Below, piece after piece: positions 1-13,300 of a stretch of DNA of 64,000 nucleotides (its first letter is position 1; the number at the start of each line of letters is the position of its first letter). Origin of the DNA: Pavona decussata (lineage: Eukaryota). The position numbers and the translations under genes are program-made. A model generated the notes under the pieces. That model made no database searches. It was not told the origin of the DNA and saw only the letters and a program-made list of their open reading frames with translations. Location: assembly GCA_977016875.1 (NCBI GenBank), contig CDRNST010000175.1, forward strand, positions 2,418,001 to 2,482,000, written 5' to 3'.

Positions 1-565
1 ATTGTCATTTTGATGCAAAAAGTTGTGCCCCCAGTTTCCCTTGTTTTTTCATGTCAATTAGTCTTCTAAAAGTCATGTGGAAAAACTCTTATTAATAAAT
101 AATTAGAAGTATGAGGCTAGCATGCACTCAACAAAAATGCCAAAAAAAAAAAAAAGACGGAAAGAATGTTGAAACAATTTAACAGTCTAAACATACACAT
201 ACCTTTGTGGGAATTCTCCTTGTGGTTTGGTCGAAGACATTTGTTCATGACAGATTTTAAAAATGTGGGGTTTTTTCTTCCATTGCTTGCTGCATGTTAG
301 CAAGAATAGAAATTTTTATTTGGTAAAAGAAATTATCTTGTGATGTGCACTATCACATCTCGACCATGATCCTGAATTGTCGCAAACATGCAGTTGGATG
401 AACTGTGTCTGACTGGATTAAAATTGGAAGAACCATAAACTAGTGAACCATAAACTAGTACATCCCAAGTCTCATAAGCTTTAATGCCCTTTGATGTGAC
501 AGTGTTCTGTAGTTTTCACTAGTCGCATACTACATGAATAATGTTTCCTTTAATTTTTTTTGCAG

Positions 566-3500
566 GGAAGGATGGAAAAGATGGGCAAAATGGTATGTGT
601 TCACTTAAAAAAAAAAAAGTGTTGAACATAAATGCAATGATGTAGTCTACATTTACAGCTGTGTATGTAACCTGAGCCTTAAAGAACAAAATTAAATTCT
701 CAACAACAACAATCTCATATTCTTAATTTTTCAGGAATCTTTTTGTTTAGTATAAAATTATATGCTACACACTATCAGATAACTATTAAATAAATGGAAG
801 CTTAAATTTCACAGTGGCAGTGTTTAAGGTTAAAATGAATCCAGGTTAAAATGATGTCAACCTAGGTTGATTTGTATTTTTCTTTGTTTCAGATGTAAAT
901 TACAGATTAAATTTCAGATGTAAAAGGAAAATACAAATCAACCTAAGTTAAAATCACTTTAACCTACAACAGCAGTACTTTTTGCAATTTTCGTGACTTA
1001 AAATTTTACAGCATCTTTTAAATTTGGTTGTATTTTTACTAGTATCTGTGACGTTCACAGTTTCATGCTCTAGGTATTATGGGAATTCATGCAACTCTGT
1101 GCAATTACTGTCATGGTGCATTGCATGTCAGGTTATTTGCAAAACAAAAAAAGTACATGACTTAATAAACTTGTTTTGATCAAAGCCATCCTGTCTAATG
1201 CTGTGGCATTGAAATCTCACAGTATCCTACCATTAGGCTTATTTGTATTTTGGAGTTTTTATATGTCAGTTATATGCTGAGTATGTAATTTTACTAATTC
1301 TTTACAAGTATTTTTTATCTTGAGTAATTCACTCCAGGCTTTGGACCGGAAATATTGTAGCTTTTCAACATCAATACTATATCAGCAACTATTAAAACAA
1401 TGACCTGTCGTGAGTGGTTGTCAATAAAATTTTGATTTTGTTTTACTTTCTCAGGGAAAGATGGACGTGATGGAGTGAATGGTGATGTACTCAATTTTTT
1501 TCTCTTCAAGTACTTTTAAGGAATAATTAGTCATGGCCTAAATTTTCATTAATGTTAATAGAATCTGTATGAATTGTTATTTCGATTGTTGGGTGGCAGG
1601 GGCATTATTACCTTATTATTGTTTGCACAAACTCTGTATATTTTCTTTCCAATTAATTAATCTTACCTTGTTTGTGTTACGAACATTCAGGTTTGTTAGA
1701 TTTTCAACAGTGCCTCTAACTACAACTAAGTTTAAAATATTAATTTCCAAAGAAATTAATTAATGTTATTATTAAATGGATATGTGATAATCATAAAATA
1801 TGCTTTCATTCAGGAAGGCCCAAGCTATAATCCCAGGGGACATACAGTAGTTACCAGTTATTTAAGTAGAGCCATGATTGCACTTAGTAAACTCTCTTAT
1901 ATGTATTTAGCCACTTTTTAGTGTTGGTATACAAGATCGTCCTTGTAATTAAATCATTTTCATGAACACTGAGCCGTTGTGATCCAATTTCCAGTAAATG
2001 CAAATGTAAAAAAAGATATTTCATTCAGCTCAGAGCAGACCAAAAGTTAAGTTAAACCCAGATTGTACTGAACTTTATAGTTCACACTAAGATAGCAACT
2101 CCTGGAAATGTAACAGAAAGGTCCAATGGGTGCTTCAAATGGCAACAATAATCAATTTACTCACTGTGAATGCTTATTCTTGACCTTGGAGTCTTAAATT
2201 TACAATTTATTATACAGATAACTCTTGTCTCAAGGTGTACTAATGTTGAAGCATTGAAGCAACAATTATCTAGATTGCAGCAAACTGCACCAGTCCCAAA
2301 TTGTGCTTGTCTTAATTGCTATTTTGGTGCATTGAGGGTCATCTTCAGCTTTGCTTTTCCTCTGTATCACTGGAACTTACCACCCTCTGCTCCTGGAAAA
2401 TAAAATACTTTAGTAAAGTCACATTTATTATTTATTGAAGACTTTTGTTTTTCATAGAAAGCAGTTTAACCACATTGTATTGAGAAGAAGAATGTTGTTT
2501 TTTTCAACAAATAATGTTACTAGTTCTTAATTTCAGTATAATTATAAGAAGTGCATTTGAATGTATTGATAATTTGCTATTGACAAATGTTATTATTAGT
2601 ATCATTTTCATTATTATCGATACATGTAACTATTAATAATATTCTAAGTTTTTGTCATTACTAAGTTCCCCAACTCAGCTCCAACAAAATTAATAGAAAA
2701 AAAAAGAATTGCACACTACATGTATACAAAAAAAGCAATGACCAATTGTGAGCGCAGTTCGTTACTTACAGGACGGTCTTTAATCCCATTTTAAGAAACA
2801 GAACTTCTATACGCGCTTATGAAAATGGTGTGCCACAACAAAGGTTCACAGCAGTAAGATAACCAAACAAAGTTTATGGAAGCGGTAGAGACGTTAACAA
2901 TGCTTGGAAGTGAAGCGATGTGTAGTGAAGCGATAACAAAGCGATACGGTAACAAAGCAATGTATAAAGCGGTTTTGAAAACTAAGAAGTAAATACAACG
3001 AAAACTATAATAAGACTAAGTATTACAGTCAACCCAGGTCACGCGTGAACGATATTTTTGAAATTTGAACGGAGTTTTGAAATTTACATGTCAGTTTTGA
3101 AAATCGCCAACGCGATTTCAGAGTTCCCGTATAAATTTCCCTAACTTATTGACGGTATAAGGCTATGAAGTTTTCTTTACATTGCAAGATTGAATATTTC
3201 AAGAATAACAATTGTTTCCCAAGTATTTTGAATCTTTTTTTCAGTTAATGCGTCTTTTTTGGAACGAGTTTCCAGATAAATGTCCAACATTCCATTCACA
3301 AGTCGGACATTACAAAGAGAAATTCGAATGTTCATTTCATTCTTGGAAATACTGTTCATGCGTGACCTGGATTGACTGTAAAGCTAATTTACAAACTTAG
3401 AAACAAAAATGAAAACTTCATAAATCTGATACAAAAAGGCAATAAAAACAGTAACTTGCACAAAGTAAAGAGACTTGCTTCTGTGTCCGCGTTAGGGATT

Positions 3501-5515
3501 TTGTAGCGTTATACTTGAGTTATAGTCTTGATCTTTACAAGATGGCACATTGACTAGAACTGAGCGTTTTCCTGAACACGTTCGAGGAAAAGCTAACTAA
3601 CTACAAAGGACTATAGATAGAATAATTGAAAGCATTGTTTCGTTGCTTGTACGTGGGCAAACATATCCGTTGGTTTGACCACAGAAACTTAATAAACTTA
3701 TTGACAACAAAGAAACTCTAAAGTCTAGAAAGGAAATACCAAAACCATGAAGAATAGTTTGGCAGCAACACCAATTGTCTTAGAAACTTCTCTTCTACCG
3801 GCTTGAAATACATCCCCAGAGTGGGTGGATGATTAGTGAGTAACTTGAAAGTGCTCAGTACTCTAAGAATCTCATGGCAACCAGAAATGAAACACTTAAA
3901 ACTTGCCTGGATAACTTGATACGTACTGTACCAAAGGACATAAGTTGTGTAGTTAATCCCTTTGAGCACATGCTTGCCCAAAGAAGGTAAAAACAAAGTT
4001 AGCATATATATGAAATCCATATGTAGTTTTCTGAGCGTATATTTGAAGAACCCACCGCAAAACAACGCCTTATTGCCAATGGGTTAAAACCGGACCAAAT
4101 AAGCAAATACTTTAACTTAGCTTTCTCTATCACTATAGAAATAAAGTTAACTATGTTCCAGTACAAAACCTTACATGATATAGTTTTTACTAGAAGCAAA
4201 TTATTTAAAGCTAAACTAGTCAGCAGTGATCTTTGCTATTTATGTTCAAAAACAAAACAAGATCTAAAACATATGCTTGTTTCATGTCCGGTGGTATCAG
4301 AGTTCTGGAAAATCTTTCTGGAATGGTATGAGACTCATACTACCATAAAACTAGAATTGTCAACCGCAAAAATCTTATATGGTATCATAGATAACGACAA
4401 CCTTTGTAATTTAACTAATCACCTCCTACTAATTGCGAAATACTATATATATTGTTCCAGTATTAATGAAGAACCGTTGTCTTTTAGTACTTATCTAACA
4501 ATAGTGATAAGCAAAGCTGAAATCGAAAAACAAATATCAACAAGAACTAATACATATGAACGTTATAACAATAAATGGAAACCTTTAATTGACAAAAAGT
4601 TTGTGACCTAGAGCTGTATATTACTTTTCTTTGTACTTTGTAAGATGTAACGGAAATAAGCAAGCCATAGTAGGGAATGTACATGTAATTGTATTTTCTT
4701 TTTTCTTTCGTTGTATCCTAGTGTATTGTAAGTATTATTTGTACGTATTGTAAGGGTAATATAGATATTGTCAATAAAAAAAAAAAAAAAAAAAATATGT
4801 AGTTTTCTGTGAAGTTAGTACATTAAAATAATAAAACATATTAGAATCTGTTGTTCATCATCCGTAATAATTTACAGATAAAGACAAAAACAAACAAAAA
4901 ACTGGCCAAAATTCAGCCTGGCAGTCTTTGCATTGTTATGCCATCCTCACTGTAGTTGGCAACATCCTTTTGCTGACAGTAGTATGAAAAACATTCTGTT
5001 AGAGATGAGCTGAGTTGCTAGTAAGAGTGGCATGGAGCCAAAATGTAACTTACATTGTAATATTGACTTGTGTGTCCATTTAACAAAGTTAATTTTGAGA
5101 CAAATTATCTGGGAAACCGAGAGACACAGTCATGACATTATGCGTGTGTACCTTTTAAGACAGGAACATTCAGCTCTTCCAAGTTTTGTGTGTACTGATT
5201 GTTGATTCTTTCATGATCCTTATTTGTAACACAGGCAAAGATAGCCGTGATGGTCAGGATGGCAGAGTTGGAGCAAAGGTTAATTTTTTTCTTCTTGCTT
5301 TTGCTGAAAATGTTATTGGAATTTAATTCCCTTTTTTTCTCATTTGTCAGGGAGACAAAGGTGAAGTAGGGATGCGGGGACTGGATGGTAATCCTGGTAT
5401 TAAGGTACATGTATCATTGTTTTGCATTTTATTACATGTAATTATTTAGATGACTATTGTGTAATGCGCTGGGGATGATATATATTTATGGAGCCTGTGC
5501 AATATAAATGCTTAA

Positions 5516-5547
<32 letters not shown>

Positions 5548-8500
5548 GTCATTAATATCCTGGATTGAGTAAAGTAAACACTTTAAACACAAGTCATCAT
5601 TTAAATATTTTAAGTTCTCAGTTAATTTGAGTTAGTACTGTTCCACTTGTACATAATGGAACTCAGAAAAGATAAATATAACAGAATGTTCTCAAAATCT
5701 TAACACAGTCATTCCCTTATGCAGGTGCTGTTTGGGCTAGTCATGCAATCTCATAGAGTGGGGGGGGGGGGGGGGCATAACAAACCCAAAGAGCATCTGT
5801 GTAACACAGCTGAAAGAGTTTTTATTTGTGTTATTACATGTAGTTGTTCTAGTAGTACTTAACTATGTCTATGGAGAATACATTAAATAAATTTTAACAA
5901 CATTGTTTCTTAGTAATTATTTTTCTTTTCATTTGCCAGGGAGAGAAGGGTGAAGTGGGGATGCAAGGAAAGGATAGGAATGCTTCCATGAAGGTATTTT
6001 TTATTTTGCATTTCATTTTATAAGAAAAATGTTTACTTTGATGAATCTTTATATGTCTAGAAAAATTTAATGTGAATTAAAGCATTGGCAGTTGGGTTTT
6101 GTATTTTCCCCTTATGGACAAGGTAGATGTTATTAATGGGAAATTAAAAGAAATAAGCTGGGATCAAAATGGAATACCGTATTTCTCGATTAAACACCGG
6201 ACCCTGATTAAAAGCCGGCTTGGTATAAACGCCGGGTCAAAACTGCCGATTTTTAAATAAACGCCGGGTACGTTTAATCGGGGCCCGGCGTTTATTACGG
6301 GTCGAGGTCATAAGGACCGGTTACAAGTAAAACTGTACCCTCTTAAATGGCACTGTTACAACATATCAAGTACGATATGCTGTTTTGGTATTTTAATAAA
6401 CGTTCAAAGGAAAAATACCGGCGTGACATAGCTGGGATAGTTGCTGCACAGCAAAATAAAATATAGCAATGTATCTGTGTTCGTGTTGTATTGTTGACGC
6501 ACTTTCTTTCTTGTGTTGTAGTGCTCACTGTTGTATGAATTGCGAGGATCCCTCCAGCATTTTTTTATAAGTTGTTTCAGTCTTTTCATGAGTTGTCCTT
6601 TCTGGGAGGAATTCGCGCATTGCACAATAATAGAGACTTCAAGGGCACCTTGTTCCAAATTGCTTGCTCGATAGTTTTTCTGTCTCACTTTAGCTGAAAT
6701 ATTCCCTCCATGTTCGACGAAGAATCGAAGAGTCGATGACAGCTCGATAGGTATATGCCCGACATTTATCCTTTCGTTACCAAGTCCATGCTCACGATAA
6801 ACAGCCATTGCACATGAGTCGTACTTGTTGTTTTCTTCATGGCATACACGTGCCGTATGTACGGTACCATAATACTGTAACTTTGGATAATCCAGAGAAA
6901 AATCGTCCAGCACTGACAAACTGCCCCTAGGTTTCTGAGGACCGGTAATAATAAATCAACCTGGAAAATGGCTGAAAATCGCATTTCATTAATAAACGCC
7001 GGACCCCGATTAAACGCCGGCCTCGAAAAAACGCCGGGTCAAAACTGCTGAATTTTAAATAAACGCCAGGGGGGTTTAATCGAGAAAATACAGTATGTTT
7101 TCTAATAGACTTCAACTGACCCGCATTCGTCTTTCACTCACAGGGGGAGCATAATGTAATCATAATTAATTATTATTAGTACTGATCATAATAAAAATCC
7201 TAATGATTCATAATTTTATTACACCCATTTTGCAATCATTGGTTCACGATCCTTGCAACCTGATTGGCTCTCAACAGTGGGATTTATTCATGAATTTCAC
7301 CATTTTATGTTCTAAATTGCATCCTTTTTCAGCCCCTTCAAAATGAATATGAAACTAACAAATCAAATGTCATGGCTTACCTGCACTAGCCAATCAGATT
7401 ACTGAAAAATTTAGGGCAAAAAAAAAAATCATTTTGCAATTTCTGTTCCCCAAATTCCCCCTCTTCCTTAAAAGTCAGGTTTCCTGAAGGGGAAAATAAG
7501 TATTAATAATTTGACAAAAAACTGTGTGATTTCAAAATGGGTGTAATAAAGTGGTAATTAAACTGTGTGTCATGCAATTTTGGTCTGAATTCATACTGTC
7601 TTGTGATTTTAAATCGAACTCGTGCTCAACGAAATCACGCGTATGATTTTAGACCAAATTGCACTGCACTCAGTTTTTAAAATTACCATATTTATTACAC
7701 CCATTTTGAAATCACTGGTGATCCTTGCAATCTGATGGGCTCTCAACAGTGCAATTTATTCCCAAATTGCACAATTTTTGCTCTAAATCGCATCCTTTCT
7801 TTAGCCCAACAAAATGGAAATGAAGTAACAAAAAGAGAATATTAATATTGACAATAAAACTCTATGATTTCAAAATAAGTGTAATAAAGTGGTAATTGAA
7901 CTTCGTGTTGTGCAATTTTGGTCTGAAATCATACTTGTGATTTCAAATCAAACCCGCGCTGCGCGCTCGTTCAATTTTGAAATCGCGCGTATGATTTCAG
8001 TCCAAATTGCACTCCACTCAGTTCAATTACCATTATTTATTAATCATCCTAATTTCATGAAAGGTATTAGTGAATATTCCTGGTTTGGAATGAAAGCTTA
8101 AAATTAATCTTTTGTCTCACAAAATTTTGTAAAGTGCAGGTGTGGACCAGAACTTTGAATTTAGAATTGTGTTGATGGCAATTGGTAACATCAGAATTAG
8201 TAAAAAGAAGAGAATAGATTAAAATATTTTTGGCCTTTGATGCTAACATGATAGAAGTTTGTCAACTTAATTTAGAAAATTGGGAAATGATGGGCAACCA
8301 ATCACGGATAATCATGGTCATTTTTGCCATTTGTTGTAAATGTGACTCCCAAATCTGTACCTACAACCCTAAGTCTCGCTGCCAGTAAACAAACCGTGAT
8401 ATTTAATAGGTATTTGGCACTGTATCAAGTAGACCACCCCCCATACCCTTTTCTACTCATTACCAAGGAATCTTAGTAGCTGACCAGGCGCTCTGGGGTA

Positions 8501-10293
8501 ATAACAAGATTCAAAACAGGGCCCTGTTGTTCAAAGCCCGATTAAGATAATCCTGGGTTAGTGTGAAGTTTGATCCGAGTTTAATTACTAATCAATAATC
8601 ATTTTTCCGAAAGACTTTTGCCCTTCAGTTTTTTTTTCTTTACCTTATGCCAAAAATCAGCTTTTAAAACATTTTTAACAAGCAAGATACAAACCTTGGT
8701 TAACTTTTAATCGAGGATTGGCGTTAATCGCGTTTCGAAACTACTGGGCCCAGATCAATTAATATATTAAGTAATATTAATTAATTTAAAACTAATAAAT
8801 ACAATACATGAATTACAGTTAAGTACACTAATGTTTAATAATAGAAAGGATTTTAGTTCCTAAAACTGTATTAAAACAGTCAAGCAGTCTGAACACCTCT
8901 TGCAAAAAGAAATAACTGGTTTTTATTACACTTACATGTACATGCAGGCCTTGTAAGTCGACCTTGCATGTAAGTCAGAAGAACCAGCATTGCATAATAT
9001 AAGGTCGTAATTATGGTTTTAAAGTTTCTTGAGGTATTAAAAATATTGGTAGACCGTTCTTGTAGGCCGTGAATAGGCTTGAGTTGAAGAAGAGTTATTT
9101 TGAACACCAAGGAAGTAGAATTTTAGGTGATATACGCTGTGCCAGTAAAATTCGGTATTTTCTACGTATATTTCACATGTGAAAAAAGTGGTACGTCCAG
9201 TCAGCTTCTCATTCAAAGAGCTTTTCTCACACGTGGAAAATATAACCAATCAGTGTCTAGAGTACAGCCAATCAGAGCATAGCGATCAAATGGCTTCAGA
9301 GATGGTTGAGAAAACATAGCCCACCAATCCGGTAACATAAGTCTGTGATTTAAAAACATGGCTCTATATTATATACTAGTTTACAAATTAAAAACTGGCT
9401 GTCAAAGATGGTCTGGTCTAGTATAAAAGTATAAAGTAACTAAAAGGGGTTTTGATATCATGTGACTTTTTATGCCTTGAAATGAAAATTACGAGAACTT
9501 ACATGTATAATTAAAGCTTTGTTACTTTCTTTAAATTGAAAGAGACCAGCTACTGTACACAAAGAGTTGAAGATGGTTAAAGGATTCCAATCTCTTGTTT
9601 ACTCGACCACGCTAATTTCTTGTTTATTTATACAAGCATTGTGCTCAAAAGGGGGTGGAGCAAATTTTGGGGTACTAAGTGCCTTACACAAATTTTTCTT
9701 ATCACGATGTTCGTCTGCTTCATTTTTCTCTCTGTCGTTCATTTCTTATAAAGCTGTGCAGCAAAATAAGTTTTAATTTTTTTGCTGTTTACAAACCCCG
9801 CTCCTCCAAAATATAAATGGTTCTTGTTTAAGAAGTCCATAAAGTCCTAACAACAAAACCGGTTTGTCCAGTTTAATGACTACCACCCGATTTACAGCAC
9901 TGGACTGAAAAGTGCCATTGATAGATTGGCTTTCAATTAAGTATAAGATAACACGAACAACAAAGTAAACACTGAACCAAAGTAACCACTCTTGGAAGTC
10001 TTTAAAATGTAGAACGGAGCGTTTAAGCGAAGCTTTTTCCCTTGTACCATCCTAATTGCAAACGTAACATCTTCTAAAAGTTGAATGTTATTCTTAGTTT
10101 ACGATTTGTTCTTAGGTTTAGTATGATTTTTCAGCCTTTTTGATCACCATTCTTGTTATTTTACCCGGATTTACTAATTCTAATTACTATAATATTGTAA
10201 ACTCCAGTCCCAACGAGATTTTTGTAATTTTTCTAAATATGGTGAACACATTGTAGTTCATTTTTAATGCGAGAATGTGGTGATTGAACATCG

Positions 10294-10340
<47 letters not shown>

Positions 10341-13300
10341 CTTTAAGTAATCACAACATATTAAATGTACACAACACAAACACAAATAATAAAGTGATCA
10401 GAACTCAAAGCAAATTCACCTTAAAGGGACAGTTTTACGCTATTATTAGTAACACATCGAAAATCGGAAAGACGCTATTCGGTTGCTAGCAGCCAAGATA
10501 TAATGACAAGATTCCATTGAAAGACTATCAGAATGCAAAGAAACTATCCAAGAATATTTTCGCCGGCAGATGACCAAGATAGAGAGGGGTTCAAATTTGA
10601 AAACGTCTGGCAGACGTTTTCAAATTTCGCTGTTAAAAACGCACTAAAAATCGCCGGTTGTACCATGTTTTGGTTCAACCTTTCGTCTTAGAATCACTAT
10701 TAATATTTCTTTAAATAAGCGACTGAGAAATTAATTAACATAGTGTTCAGAGTTTAAATTTAGTGAATTTTGGCCAAAAATCATAATATCTCCGATGGAT
10801 CTCCCATGATACTGCCCCCTTAATATGCCAAGCGCAGGGAAACACATGTGAGCGAGCCACAAGTGGGTTCTGTGTCGAGCAAGAGGTTGTTGCGTGTTAT
10901 GTGGATAGCTTCCTTGACCCTACGGGTGTACCAGTGAGAGTTTCGCTCAATAAACTTTACCTCGTTCCAAAGCGGATAGTGGCCGGTCTCGTGGGCGTGC
11001 TCAGAAACAGCGGAGGTCTGGGTACGGGCGAGTCGTATATCCCTGTCGTGCTCTTTCATTCTCTCCTGCATAGATCTCCCTGTTTCCCCAATGTAGACTT
11101 TACCGCATTCACAGAGAATCCTGTAAACCATGCCATCTTGTTTAGCCGGATCGACTGTGTCCTTAGGTCGCACCAAATGTGACTTAAATGTCGTTTCGGA
11201 TTTGAAGTCGCTGCGAACGCCTTGTTGTTCTTTCTGCACAAAGGAGGAGGGATATCCGTTTTAGACCAGTTCAGATGACAGATGCTTCTTCTCCTCAGAG
11301 ATGACTGATGGTTTGGTCACGAGACGTTTCGCCCGGTCGTACAGACATATCGCAATACAACGTTTTACTGATTGAGAGTGGTGTGAATCATTCGCTAAGT
11401 ATTGATCAGTGTGAGTGGGCTTCCTGTAGACCCTGGTGGTAAGGCGGCCGTCTGGTTCTCTTGAGACTGACGTGTCGAGAAAGGCAATCTTGCTGTCATT
11501 CTCAGTTTCCATGGTCGATTGTTGACTGTTGAGCTGTTGTCGAAAGGTGTCAACTCTGTCAAGTGGTTTCTGTTTGCCGGGATTTCTAATTGGTTGACAA
11601 AGCGGCGCATTTTTTAGCCAATCTCATATTACAGTAAAGTACAGTAAAACTAGAGCAAGCGTCAAATTATACTTTTTACCAAGAACAGAAAATACTTTAA
11701 ATTTCATTGAAAATTATTTTTTCTGTTTACTGAGGGCGAGAAAGGATCTTCTGGAGACAAAGGATCACAAGGAGGAAAAGGACAACCAGGGCAGAAAGGA
11801 ATACCGGGAACATGTGATGCTAAGGTGGTGAAGTGTTTATTCTTCTTTGTTCATTCAGTATAAACAAGTGTAAGGAAAATTTAGTTGGCCTTTACTGTAA
11901 TTATCCAATCTTGAAATCGTTTTCTTGCTTTGCATATACTACCGATCAACTAAATTGAATCTTTAGCTAGTTTTTGTTCATGATATGTAGTATAACAAGC
12001 TATTTTTTCCCTCCTTTGTGCATCTTAGGGTTCCTCTTCCAGTAAATCAGCTTGCTGTGCAGCTGGTAAGAACATTTATCTGTTACATTACATTTACAAT
12101 CCTGTTATAACGTTTGCAATGTTGGTGGCTTTTTCAAACGTTTTACGCCGTCTCATTTTTCTTAAACAAATCAAACAGTTGTTTCCACTTTGTTTTATTT
12201 CTTGGAAAATTCTAGAACTAAACATGTTGAAGCTTCATTCTGGATATAATCAACGCTTCTTAAAGGAGGTCACTCTAAAAATCATGTATTTTTTCTAAAT
12301 CATCAATAAAATTTAACACTGAGTAGAGTTACTCACTGTTTTTTCGAGCTTCTGAAGATCATCCGATCCATACAAAAGCTCAAAAAGCGGTGAGTAACTC
12401 AACTCAGTGACCTTCTCCTTTAATGATAGTTTGATATTGGAATTCAGGTCTATTTGAATAATTATTCCTCTGTACACATCAGATTTCAGGCCTGGAAAAA
12501 TCATGGATTTTAATTGTGGGTCATGGAGAGCCTTTGAAAATTATGTTTATGGAGAAAAAAACGAAAAATAAGAAAGAATTATTTTAGGGAATAAAAAAGA
12601 AAGAACGTGAACAATTTTAAAAATTAAACACTAAAGGAACCAGGATACAGATAAATTTTCACTCAGTAGAAATAAACACTGCGCTTTTTGACGCTGGAAA
12701 ATATGAACGCTTTGTCATGGAAAACTTGAAAAGGTCTTGGAAAGTCATGTATTTTTAAAAGCCTCAAACAGTACGAACCCTGGATATCATTCTCACGTAT
12801 ACCATCACATTAATACGTTTGACGCACTTCTGCAAATTTTATGCCTAGATATACATGTAGTTTTACTAGCCACAATCCTATGATGCCGCATTAATCTTAA
12901 AACAAACTTCTGTACTCATCTCTTTATATTTTTACACTGAACAAACGACTCTTGATTTCTTTCCTCTGAATACATGTTCCTAAACAACCTCGTTCCCAGG
13001 ATCTCTCCTTTTCACGAGAGATCCTGGGAACGAGGTTGGTTCCTTAAAACCAACTAGAGGGAAGACAGGCAGCTTAATGAAGTGATGCAATTATTGCAAT
13101 ATAATGTAAAATCCCGGGTTTTCACTAAATCTTAAAGACACCAACTTTTCTTTTCTTTTAAGAATGCTCCACAGGTTTTCACATTTTTGAAAACCTTCAG
13201 GACCTACGAACCCGAGGAGCTGCAGATGTGGAACATTTCACCATTGATGGAAGTCTGTTTCTTGCTTTTGCCAACTACCATGGCGACATTAGAAAGTACA

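Noticed and set aside
2755-3562. Possible element with CAGTTC/GAACTG ends and AGCG 4-bp flanks
   Set aside because: Only 6 bp of inverted match, no coding remnant recognised and no clear empty site, so it could be chance.
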